NCBI GenBank assembly: GCA_963848835.1
Contig: CAWKFB010000017.1
Span: 89,647 to 153,646 of the forward strand
DNA length: 64,000 nucleotides
Reading direction: 5' to 3'
Source: Candidatus Aminicenantes bacterium
GTDB lineage: Bacteria > Acidobacteriota > Aminicenantia > Aminicenantales > UBA4085
The translations under genes and the position numbers were made by a program. Below the pieces are notes generated by a model. It did no database searches and had not been told where the DNA came from. It saw only the letters and a list, made by a program, of their open reading frames with translations. Positions 10,065 to 18,683 of this stretch are shown here, piece after piece. Position 1 is the stretch's first letter. Every line of letters starts with the position of its first letter.

Positions 10065-11407
10065 TCAGACGGACTTTTCGATGATGTTGATGCCGATCTT
10101 CTCGAGCAGCGGATAGGGCAGCTCGCCCCCGATCATGATGAAGACGAAATCGTTCTCGATCTCAGCGCTGCGGTCGTCGGTCGACACGACCACGGATTTG
10201 GGCTTGATCTCCTTGACCGCGCTCTGGAAACGAACGTTGATCGTCTTCTGCTTGACGGCGGCGTCGATCTTTTCCCTGTTCCGCGCTTTGGCCAGAGGAA
10301 ATCCTTCCCCCCGGACGACGAGGGTGACCGGGCATCCCTGGCTGGCCAAGGCCAGCGCCGCCTCGAGGCTCGCATCCCCTCCTCCGACGATCGTGATGGA
10401 GCGGCCCCGGAATTCCTGGGCGTCCGACAACATGTAGAACACCTTGGCAAGGTCTTCTCCGGGGACCTTCAGCTTGCGGGGCTCGCCCCGCGTTCCCAAG
10501 GCCAGGATGATCTTATCGCAGGGAATTTCCCGCCCGCCGGCCGAAACGATGAAACGCTCCCCTTCTTTCTGACCGCTTCGAGCCTGGCCCCGGTGATGAT
10601 CGGGACCGCAGTCTTTTCCAGGATCCGGTCCCACACCTCAAGGAGCTTTTCCCGGGTCGTGTCGCCGACCCAGATCGGACCGACCAGGGGCATGTCCAAC
10701 GGCTCGGCCATGACGATCTTCCGTTTCGGAAAATTCTTGATCGTGTTGGCCGCGGCGTCCTTTTCGAGACACGTCGCCGGAAGGCCGAACTTCCGCGAGC
10801 TCAGGAAGGCCGAAAGGCCGGCCGGGCCCGCCCCGACGATCACGAGATGGGGCAAACGGGCGGGAAAGACGCCGCGCATGATGACGTTCAGGACCGCCCG
10901 GCCCTGATTGATCGATTCCTTGATCAGCCCCGCGCCGGCCAGCGTGCCGATGATGTAGATCCCGGGGACGTTGGTCTCGAAGTTCTCGTCGATCTGGGGG
11001 GCGCGGACCTTCAGCTTCTGACCGTATTCGATCAGCTGGTTGGCTCCGGTCGGACAGGCCTTTTCGCATTCGCCGCAGCCGTCGCAGAGGCGCGGGTCGA
11101 GAAGGGTCGACTTCCCGGAGATGATCACGAGCGTCTTGTTCTTCTTGCAGGTGAGCACGCACGTCCCGCAGCCGACGCAGACGCCCCGGTTGATGCTCGG
11201 GTACATCTTCCGGCCCGTGGGATGGCGGCTCTCGATCCGGCTGATATCCGCCTCCGACAGGCCGGACAGCGGGACGATCTGGTGGACCAGGAGCCTGGCT
11301 CTCCGGAGCTTCCGGATCTCCCAGCGGACGAAGGGGAGAAAGACGACGAGAAAGAGGAACGCTCCGATCAGGAAGAGAAGGACGCGATGGTCGGTCAGAA
11401 GATCCAT
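10065..11407 (-). CDS. Membrane-anchored 2x[4Fe-4S] ferredoxin domain fused to a thioredoxin-reductase-like FAD/NAD(P) oxidoreductase. One apparent frameshift near 10565-10575.
   Basis: ATG 11407 overlaps the upstream stop (TGATG). The product starts MDLLTDHRVLLFLIGAFLFLVVFLPFV (TM helix) followed by RWEIRKLRRAR. It contains CVGCGTCVLTC and CDGCGECEKACP, VIVGAGPAGLSAF (FAD GxGxxG) and ITIVGGGDASLEAALAL (NAD(P) GxGxxA). The frame switches from ORF 10469..12217 to ORF 10065..10634. Confidence 0.75.
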
Positions 11408-12217
11408 CAGTGCCCCATAGAGACCGTGACATAGACGTGGACGGCGAGGAGAAGGAACATCAGGACGACGAAGGGAATGTGGAAGAGATGCCAGAAATGG
11501 AGCAACTTCAGGGTTTTTTCGAGGAGCTGTTTCCTCCGCAGCAAGCCCTGGCGAGCCAGGATCAGCTTGAGGAGCTGCTTCCGGTCCCTGGCTTCGACGC
11601 TCCTCTCCGCTTTGAGGACTTTGTTCAGGCGGGCCCCGAACGCGCCGGGGCGGCAGGGCGCCGAGCCCTTCCCGGTCCGTCCCGGCCATCAGGTCCCAGA
11701 ACCGATGGGCGGGAGGAAGGAACTTCCGGATCTCGAAGGTCAGGCGGATCTCCTCGGCCTCGAGCTCGATCCGGCTGAGCTCCATCCCGGACAGGGAGCG
11801 GGGGATCATCCGGTAGATGTACCTCCCGACGACGCCGCTCGCGACGACGACGACCATCGCACCGAAGCAGAGGCCGACGAGGCCGCCGATCTTGAAGACC
11901 GCATGGAACAAGACGAGAGCGGGGCCGGCCAGGCCGAAGAAGATATGGACGTTCAGCCAAGCGTCCAGGTTTCCCCAACCGCGCATGAACCGCAGCCTCT
12001 TCCGCAGGGAGTAGGCGAGGAGGAGGATCATGAACAGGGCCCCGATGATCCCCAGCAGATGGCCCAGCGTTCCGCTTTGTCGCAGAAGCGGGTGGAGGGC
12101 GTGCCGGACCCTTTTCGCGGCCGGGGCCGTATAGTAGTCCCAGCCATAGACGCTCAGGCCGACCAGGCCGAGGAGGACGGCCGCGTAGGCGGCGGCGAAA
12201 AACGGCTTCGCCTTCAT
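11407..12217 (-). CDS. His-rich integral membrane protein of about 5 TM helices, possibly haem-b binding. One apparent frameshift near 11640-11665.
   Basis: The N-terminus of ORF 10469..12217 has TM helices with His residues (LGHLLGIIG, WLNVHIFFG, LVLFHAVF). After about 11650 the sensible reading moves to another frame: AFGARLNKVLKAERS...LLHFWHLFHIPFVVLMFLLLAVHVYVTVSMGH*. The stop TGA is at 11409..11407. Confidence 0.6.
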
Positions 12218-12230
12218 CGCCCCCGGCCGA

Positions 12231-15200
12231 TCATGGGTTCCCTCGAGGATGGCAGGAGAAGCAGTTCGCCGAGTTGTAGACGTACCCCGACCGGCCCCGA
12301 TGCTCCGAGTCCGTTGAGCTCCGCGTATGGCAGGTCAGGCAGGTGAAAACCCGGTAGTTCGCCGCGTCGGGATGGCAAGCCGTGCAGGCGTTTCCGGAAT
12401 GGCGGCCCGAAGAGATGGGAAAGGCGGTATGGTTGAACGTCCCCTGCGTCCAGGACGTGTCCGTGGCCCGATGGCAGGTCGAACAGGCCGTCGAAAATCC
12501 GGAGGCAACGTGGTTGGGATTCCGGGTTTGATCGTAGCTCGACCGGTGGCAGCCGTAGCAGTCGCGCGGCGTGCCCCGATAGACTCCGTTGATATGGCAG
12601 GCGGCGCAGGGCTGGGCGGCGTGGACGCCGACCAGGGCGAACGTCGAAGAGTGATTGAACGTTCCCTGAGTCCAGAGGCGTGTCCGTGGCCCGATGGCAG
12701 GTCTCGCAGACCGTCGAGAAGCCCGGAAGCGGCGTGGTTGGGATTCCGGGTCTGATCGTAATTCGTCCGGTGGCAGCCGTAGCAATCGCGGGGCGTGCCC
12801 TTGTAGATCCCGTTGACGTGACAGGCGGCGCAGGGCTGGGCGGCGTGGACGCCGACCAGGGCAAACGTCGCGGCGTGATTGATGCCCGGCCTGGGTCCAG
12901 AGCGTATCCGTGGGCCGATGGCAGGTGTCGCAGGCCGTCGAGAAGCCCGACGCGGCATGGTTGGGATTCTTGGTCTGATCGTAGCTCGACCGGTGGCAGC
13001 CGTAGCAGTCGCGCGGCGTGCCCCGATAGACTCCGTTGATATGGCAGGCGGCGCAAGGCTGGGCGGCGTGGAGGCCGACCAGGGCGTATGAGGTCGCGTG
13101 ATTGAATGACCCCTGGGTCCAGAGCGTATCCGTGGCCCGATGGCAGGTGTCGCAGGCCGTCGAGAATCCCGACGCGGCATGGTTGGGATTCTTGGTCTGA
13201 TCGTAGCTCGACCGGTGGCAGCCGTAGCAGTCGCGCGGCGTGCCCCGATAGACTCCGGTGATATGGCAGGCGGCGCAAGGCTGGGCGGCATGGACGCCGA
13301 CCAGGGCATATGAGGTCGCGTGATTGAATGACCCCTGGGTCCAGAGCGTATCCGTGGGCCGATGGCAGGCATCGCAAGCCGTCGAGAAGCCCGCGGCGGC
13401 GTGGCTGGGATTCTTGGTCTGATCGTAGCTCGACCGGTGGCAGCCGTAGCAGTCGCGCGGCGTGCCCCGATAGACTCCGGTGATATGGCAGGCGGCGCAA
13501 GGCTGGGCGGCATGGACGCCGACCAGGGCATATGAGGTCGCGTGATTGAATGACCCCTGGGTCCAGAGCGTATCCGTGGGCCGATGGCAGGCATCGCAAG
13601 CCGTCGAGAAGCCCGCGGCGGCGTGGCTGGGATTCTTGGTCTGATCGTAGCTCGACCGGTGGCAGCCGTAGCAGTCGCGTGAAGTCCCTTGATAAACCCC
13701 GGTTGCGTGGCAGGCGGCGCAGGGCTGGGCGGCGTGGACGCCGACCAGGGCGTACTTCGAGGCATGATTGAAGACGCCCCGGGCCCAGGACGGATCGGCG
13801 GCTTTGTGGCAGGTTTCGCACGAAGTCGGAAATCCCGCCGCGCCGTGAGCGGGATTCTGGGTCCGGTCGAAATCCGTCCGATGGCAGCCGATGCATGCGT
13901 TCGGGGTGCCCTTGTAGACGGAGTTCACGTGACACGCGCCGCACGCCTGCGCGGCGTGGACGCCGACGAGAGGATAGGCCGAGCCATGATTAAAGAATCC
14001 CCGGTCCCAGCCGGAGTCGGTCGGCTTATGGCAAACCTCGCAGACCGTCGGGAACCCCGCGGCCGCGTGCTCGGGCTGCTTGGTCCGCTCGTAGTCGGGC
14101 CGGTGGCAGCCGAAGCAATCCCGAGCCGTTCCCCGAAAGACGTTGTTCTTGTGGCAGGCGGCGCAGGCCTGGCCGGCGTGGGTCCCGACGAGCGGATAGC
14201 TCGCGTTGTGGTCGAACCTCCCCTGGGTGAAGGCGGCGTCGGCCGGATTGTGGCAGATCTGGCAGAGGGTCGGAAAGCCGGACGAGGCGTGCGGCGGATT
14301 CCGAGTCCCGGCGTAATCCTGACGGTGACAGGAAAAGCAATCCGAGGACGTACCGACGAAAGTCCCGCCCTTATGGCAGCTCGAACATCCGAGCGAGGCG
14401 TGGCGGCCGTTCAAGGCGAGGCCGGTTCGCGCGCCGTGGTCCCACTTAGCCCCCGTCCACGCGAGCGGCTTGTGGCATTCTTCGCACTGGGCTCCCAACC
14501 GGGTCCTGTAAGGATCGTCCTGACGCCGGATCCAGTGGCAGCTGTTACAGTCCTTGGGCGTCCCCTTGACCACTCCGTCTCGGTGGCACGAGGCGCAGGG
14601 AACGGAGATGTGCCGGCCTTCGAGCCGGTATTCGGTCTGCTGGTGGAAGGACACCGCGGTGCTGGTCCACGAGGCTGTTGTGTGGCAGGAGGCGCAGGCT
14701 TCCTTCAATGCCCCTTGATGCGGGTCCTTGTGGCAGGTCGAACAGGCTTGGGCGTCGGGCCGGAGAGCTCCCGGCGGCCGCGACCGCTTGAGCCGCGGGG
14801 TCTCGGCGGTGTGGCAGGCCGCGCAATCCACGGCCGCGTGGCGGCCCGTCAGGGGATATTCGGTTTTGGCGTGATCAGAAGCCCGGTGGCATCCGGAGCA
14901 TTTCGAAGCGGTAGGCTTGTAGCGGATCACAAGCCCGGGCCGGCCGGTTTCTCCGGCCGCCGCGCGGGGGTGGCATTTATCGCAGGATGTCGCCTCGTGA
15001 AAGACCTTGAGGGAAAAGGCGCTCTTTTCGTGAGAGAAGCCGGGGGCCGGCTTGAACCGGACGGCATCGTGACACGAGGCGCAGTTTGGTCCGAGCTGGC
15101 CGGCGTGCTCGTCCCGATGGCAGGAAGCGCAGGCGTTCGAGAGCGGACGATAACGGACGGCCGCGGCCGTCACGCCGCCGGGCGGAGGCGCCTCCTTCGT

Positions 15201-16466
15201 GTGGCATTTGCCGCAATTCAGGGCCGCGTGGGCTCCTTCCAGCCGGTAGGTGGAGTCCTTCTGATGATCGAATGCGGAATAAGCGCGGCCGAAACCCGCC
15301 GTCGTGTGGCAGGATTCGCAGGCCTTATTGAATTGACCAAGATGGATGTCTTTGTGGCAATCGAGGCAGGCGGTCCCGAGCGGGCGGTACCGGACGAGGT
15401 CAGGCCCCTCTTCCGCTTTATGGCACTTGGCGCAGGCCACCGAGGCGTGCTTTCCGGTCAACGGGTACCGTGAGCGTTGATGGTCGGTTTTCGCTTTTTT
15501 AAACGTCGTTTCGTCGTGGCAGGCGGCGCAGTCGGCCGCGAATTGGCCGCGGTGGGGATCGGCCGCGTGGCACGTCCGGCAGGTTTCGCCGGGGACCTTG
15601 TCGAGCTTCCCGTTCTTGTGGCACTGGGCGCACTTGAGCGCCGCGTGCTTGCCCTTCAAAGCGAACTTCGACTTGGCATGGCCGGGCGTGCCGGACTTCC
15701 AGGACGCGTCGTTGTGGCATTGGGCGCAGGTTTTTCCGAAGGAGGGCAGGTGAGGGTCCTTATGGCAGTCGGCGCAGGCGCCGAATTTCAGCCCTTTCCA
15801 CTTTTTCGCCGGATGGCACTTCAGGCAGGCGACGCTCCGGTGCGCTCCCTGGGGGCGATAAGCGGCCCGGGAATGATCGAAGTCCGCCTCTTTCAAGGGC
15901 CGGTCGACGGAATGGCAGACCGAGCAATCGCGGGGGCCGAACTGGCCTTTGTGCGGATCGTCGTGGCAGCCCGAGCAGCGCGTATCCTTGACCAGGTAGG
16001 AGACCGTCGTCTTCGTCGAAGGAGCGGTCCGGACGTTGTGGCACTTGAGGCACTCCCTGACGGTCGTGTGCTTCCCGGTCAAGGGCGCGCCGGTCTTGGA
16101 GTGGTCGAAGGTCCTGGGATTCCAGTCGATCAGCCCGAAGTCCGTCCCTTGATGATCGGGGTGGCAGGTCGCGCAGCCGCTCTTTTTATCCTGATGGAAT
16201 CCCCGGCCGGCGGCGATCCGGGCGGCCAGGTCTTTGTGGCAGGCCAGACATTTTTCCTCGACCGACTTGGTTCCGGGCGTATGGCACTTGCCGCAGCTCG
16301 TCAGGTCGGAGAGGTCGGAGTGGGCGCGGCTGAGCTTCCCGGGAGAAATGAGGAGGGCTGCTTCCTGGGCGGCCAACGGGGCTGCAGTCGCCCCAAAGAG
16401 CAAGAAGGCCAGGATTCCCGGCCAGATCGCTTGCCGCGCGGCGATATATCGCTTTTTCGTTTTCAT
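12231..16466 (-). CDS. Giant secreted multihaem c-type cytochrome (1411 aa as read), a polymer of c7-like modules
   Basis: It has a signal peptide (MKTKKRYIAARQAIWPGILAFLLFGATAAPLAAQ). I count 53 CXXCH motifs in the ORF as written, plus 3 more in a 71-codon out-of-frame stretch. The module F[DN]Hx5-6LxGxHx3-4CxxCH recurs throughout. Confidence 0.9.
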   Translation of the reverse strand: MKTKKRYIAARQAIWPGILAFLLFGATAAPLAAQEAALLISPGKLSRAHSDLSDLTSCGKCHTPGTKSVEEKCLACHKDLAARIAAGRGFHQDKKSGCATCHPDHQGTDFGLIDWNPRTFDHSKTGAPLTGKHTTVRECLKCHNVRTAPSTKTTVSYLVKDTRCSGCHDDPHKGQFGPRDCSVCHSVDRPLKEADFDHSRAAYRPQGAHRSVACLKCHPAKKWKGLKFGACADCHKDPHLPSFGKTCAQCHNDASWKSGTPGHAKSKFALKGKHAALKCAQCHKNGKLDKVPGETCRTCHAADPHRGQFAADCAACHDETTFKKAKTDHQRSRYPLTGKHASVACAKCHKAEEGPDLVRYRPLGTACLDCHKDIHLGQFNKACESCHTTAGFGRAYSAFDHQKDSTYRLEGAHAALNCGKCHTKEAPPPGGVTAAAVRYRPLSNACASCHRDEHAGQLGPNCASCHDAVRFKPAPGFSHEKSAFSLKVFHEATSCDKCHPRAAAGETGRPGLVIRYKPTASKCSGCHRASDHAKTEYPLTGRHAAVDCAACHTAETPRLKRSRPPGALRPDAQACSTCHKDPHQGALKEACASCHTTASWTSTAVSFHQQTEYRLEGRHISVPCASCHRDGVVKGTPKDCNSCHWIRRQDDPYRTRLGAQCEECHKPLAWTGAKWDHGARTGLALNGRHASLGCSSCHKGGTFVGTSSDCFSCHRQDYAGTRNPPHASSGFPTLCQICHNPADAAFTQGRFDHNASYPLVGTHAGQACAACHKNNVFRGTARDCFGCHRPDYERTKQPEHAAAGFPTVCEVCHKPTDSGWDRGFFNHGSAYPLVGVHAAQACGACHVNSVYKGTPNACIGCHRTDFDRTQNPAHGAAGFPTSCETCHKAADPSWARGVFNHASKYALVGVHAAQPCAACHATGVYQGTSRDCYGCHRSSYDQTKNPSHAAAGFSTACDACHRPTDTLWTQGSFNHATSYALVGVHAAQPCAACHITGVYRGTPRDCYGCHRSSYDQTKNPSHAAAGFSTACDACHRPTDTLWTQGSFNHATSYALVGVHAAQPCAACHITGVYRGTPRDCYGCHRSSYDQTKNPNHAASGFSTACDTCHRATDTLWTQGSFNHATSYALVGLHAAQPCAACHINGVYRGTPRDCYGCHRSSYDQTKNPNHAASGFSTACDTCHRPTDTLWTQAGHQSRRDVCPGRRPRRPALRRLSRQRDLQGHAPRLLRLPPDELRSDPESQPRRFRASRRSARPAIGPRTRLWTQGTFNHSSTFALVGVHAAQPCAACHINGVYRGTPRDCYGCHRSSYDQTRNPNHVASGFSTACSTCHRATDTSWTQGTFNHTAFPISSGRHSGNACTACHPDAANYRVFTCLTCHTRSSTDSEHRGRSGYVYNSANCFSCHPRGNP
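12512..14288 (-). repeat. Tandem coding repeats of 222 nt (74 codons), about 8-9 units. Each unit is a tri-haem module (CxxCH x3).
   Basis: The unit is AAGFSTACDACHRPTDTLWTQGSFNHATSYALVGVHAAQPCAACHITGVYRGTPRDCYGCHRSSYDQTKNPxH. By eye, nt ~13184-13457 recur identically at ~13406-13679 (offset 222). Flanking units are progressively more diverged. Confidence 0.9.
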
Positions 16467-16538
16467 TATCGATTCGGGACGCGACGATGACCGAACGAGG
16501 TCCGCGTCGCTTTTCCAATTTCCTATTCCTACTTAATC

Positions 16539-16567
16539 AGTAAAACCGATAGATTAGATAAAGTCAA
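16539..16567 (-). promoter_or_regulatory. Possible sigma70-type promoter for the cytochrome operon
   Basis: In an AT-rich gap, the minus strand reads TTGACT (16567..16562), a 17-nt spacer, then TTTACT (16544..16539). This lies about 75 nt upstream of ATG 16466. Confidence 0.25.
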
Positions 16568-16630
16568 GCCTGATTTTTTGAAAAAAGGAATATGGAACGA
16601 TCTTTTTTCGAGAGGACCGAAGAACGCCGG

Positions 16631-18526
16631 CTATGGGGCCGGCGGCTTGGCCGGTCTTTGCGTCAGAAGCTTGTTGGCCCGCTCAACCGCCGATCGGTCC
16701 ATCTTCACCTGCGCCCGGTCATACGTCATGAGGCCGTTGACCTCGATCTCGACGTCGCTCGTCTGGGTGTAGATCGCCGCGCTGAGACCGTGCGAGCGGA
16801 TAAGGAGGCGAAGCTGTCCCTGGAGGGCAAGGAAAGCCTCGGTCAGAGAGGCCGGATTCTCGAAGCTCTTGTATCCCCAGTTTTTCTCGTCCTGCCAGGT
16901 ATGGCCCTTGACGGGCAGTCCGAGCCCGCCGTACTCCCCCAGGACAATGGCCCGCTTGTCCTCGGGCCTGGGCGCGTCCGGCCCCGGGTACTTGTGCATA
17001 TCGCTCACGTCGCCCGCCCCGCGGTCGGCCCAGCCGCTGGCGTTGTCGACGAGGCGCGTCGGGTCCCAGCTCCGGATGAGCTCGACGATCCGGGCCGTGT
17101 CCCACTGTCCCCAGCCTTCGTTGTAGGGAACCCACATCACGATCGAGGGATGGTTGATCAATCCCCGGACCATGGCTTCGAGCTCCTTTTCGAACTGGGC
17201 CGCCGATTCCGGGGATCTCTGGATGTCGGCTCCGTCGTCGCGGATGAAGGCGTCGCCGCTCGGCATGTCCTGCCAGACGAGCAAGCCGAGCTTGTCGCAC
17301 CAGTAATACCAGCGGTCGGGCTCGATTTTGACGTGCTTGCGGGCCATGTTGAACCCGAGCCTCTTGGCCGTTTCGATGTCGTATCTGAGGGCTTCGTCCG
17401 TGGGCGCCGTGTAAAGCCCGTCCGGCCAGAATCCCTGGTCGAGCGGACCGAGCTGGAAGAGCGCTTCTCCGTTGAGAAGGATCCGGGTGAACCCGGATTT
17501 GTCCTTCCCGAGCGAGATCTTGCGCATCCCGAAATAGGATTCGACCCCGTCGACCCGTCGGCCGTCCTGGAACAGCGTCACCCGCAGTCCGTAGAGAAAG
17601 GGCGTTTCCGGAGTCCACAATTCCGGCTTGCGGATCTTGAGGACGGCGGGCGCGTCGAGAGGCTGCCGCGCCGAGGCGACGACGCTCCGGCCGTCGAGGA
17701 CCTCGACGAGGATCTCCTTCATGAGCGTCGTCCGGCCGGCCGCGTGGACCCGGATTTTCACCTCGGAGGCGTCGGTATCGGGAGTGATCACGAGCCGGTC
17801 GACGCGGAAGCCGTTCACCGGCTCGAGCCAGACGGTCCGCCAGATGCCGGTCGAGGGAGTGTACCAGATGCCGCGGGGGGAGCGCACCTGCTTGCCTCGC
17901 GGCTGCGTCCCGGCGTCGGTCGGATCCCAGACCGCGACGACAAGCTCCTGCTCGCTTTGCGGCTCGAGGGCGGGAGTGACGTCGACCGTGAAGCCGTCGT
18001 AGCCGCCGCGGTGGGAGGCGAGCTCACGCCCATTGACCCAGACGGTGGATTCCCAATCCACGGCCCCGAAATGGAGGAGAACGGTCTTGCCCCGCCAGCC
18101 GGCCGGAACGGTGAACATCCGCCGGTACCAGAGACGCTCGGTTTCGCCGATCATGCGCCGGACGCCCGAAAGCGCCGATTCGACGGGGTACGGCACCAGG
18201 ATCCTTCCTTCCCAGCGTTCCGGCCGGGCCGCGTCCTTGGGTTCGATCGCGTAATCCCAGAGCCCGTTGAGATTGGTCCAGTCCGGACGGACCATCTGGG
18301 GACGCGGGTATTCCGGGAGAGGATGGGCCGGGTCCACGTCCTTGGCCCAGCGCGTGAGAAGCGGCGCGGGAGCCGGTTTCCAAGGGGCGCTTCCCGCGCT
18401 TTGGGACGCGCCGGCCGCGGCCGAAAAGGATTGGAGGGCGAATAGACCGCCCAAAAGGAGGCCCGCCGCGCGCTTCGGCCGTCCCCCCGCAAAGGAATCT
18501 CGCATCATAGCCGCCCCATTTTTCAT
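16631..18526 (-). CDS. Glycoside hydrolase family 2 (beta-galactosidase/beta-mannosidase-like), secreted
   Basis: 631-aa ORF with an N-terminal hydrophobic signal region. GH2-like blocks are [34 protein letters not shown] and [17 protein letters not shown] (NE acid/base motif). Confidence 0.85.
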   Translation of the reverse strand: MKNGAAMMRDSFAGGRPKRAAGLLLGGLFALQSFSAAAGASQSAGSAPWKPAPAPLLTRWAKDVDPAHPLPEYPRPQMVRPDWTNLNGLWDYAIEPKDAARPERWEGRILVPYPVESALSGVRRMIGETERLWYRRMFTVPAGWRGKTVLLHFGAVDWESTVWVNGRELASHRGGYDGFTVDVTPALEPQSEQELVVAVWDPTDAGTQPRGKQVRSPRGIWYTPSTGIWRTVWLEPVNGFRVDRLVITPDTDASEVKIRVHAAGRTTLMKEILVEVLDGRSVVASARQPLDAPAVLKIRKPELWTPETPFLYGLRVTLFQDGRRVDGVESYFGMRKISLGKDKSGFTRILLNGEALFQLGPLDQGFWPDGLYTAPTDEALRYDIETAKRLGFNMARKHVKIEPDRWYYWCDKLGLLVWQDMPSGDAFIRDDGADIQRSPESAAQFEKELEAMVRGLINHPSIVMWVPYNEGWGQWDTARIVELIRSWDPTRLVDNASGWADRGAGDVSDMHKYPGPDAPRPEDKRAIVLGEYGGLGLPVKGHTWQDEKNWGYKSFENPASLTEAFLALQGQLRLLIRSHGLSAAIYTQTSDVEIEVNGLMTYDRAQVKMDRSAVERANKLLTQRPAKPPAP

Positions 18527-18637
18527 GACGGAATCTCAGCTCCTTGACGGATCAGGTTCGATTCCCCGAGTCGATCCATATGAGTATTCCAGAGGCCGGG
18601 CGAAGTCAAGGAACCGGAGCCGTTGGCGATCCGCGCC

Positions 18638-18666
18638 TTGACCCTACGGGGGGCCGATGTTATTTT
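18638..18666 (+). promoter_or_regulatory. Possible sigma70-type promoter for the UvrA-like gene
   Basis: TTGACC (18638-18643), a 17-nt spacer, then TATTTT (18661-18666). ATG is at 18684, which would give a very short leader. Confidence 0.35.
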
Positions 18667-18683
18667 AAGTCGCTTCAAGACTC

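Noticed and set aside
12670-12895. Programmed ribosomal frameshifting, or a novel Arg/Pro-rich linker, in the cytochrome.
   Set aside because: The out-of-frame stretch is simply a repeat unit carrying three single-base insertions relative to its neighbour unit. There is no slippery heptamer or stimulatory structure. Similar indels affect unrelated neighbouring genes.
12512-14288. A regularly spaced direct-repeat array, as a possible CRISPR or other non-coding array.
   Set aside because: The period is 222 nt with no unique spacers. The whole block is in-frame coding sequence for haem-binding modules inside a 4.2-kb ORF. No cas genes are present.
16592-18445. Very long ORFs antisense to recognised genes. 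Examples: 16592..18445(+), 20724..22757(-), 24840..26432(+), 32838..35129(+), 13689..15473(+), 56561..58858(+), 49231..50925(+), 55070..56278(-), 18675..20645(-).
   Set aside because: Their translations are Arg/Gly/Pro/Asp-rich low-complexity strings with no motifs. Each lies opposite a gene with clear family signatures. In ~65% GC DNA, stop-poor antisense frames are expected.
18555-18565. GGTTCGATTCC, a tRNA T-arm-like motif in the GH2/UvrA intergenic region. It could be a tRNA, or a tRNA-derived att site remnant.
   Set aside because: The flanking bases do not form a T-stem (TCAGG versus CCCCG), and no acceptor, D or anticodon arms can be drawn. No integrase or repeat partner is in the window. 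It is probably a chance match.
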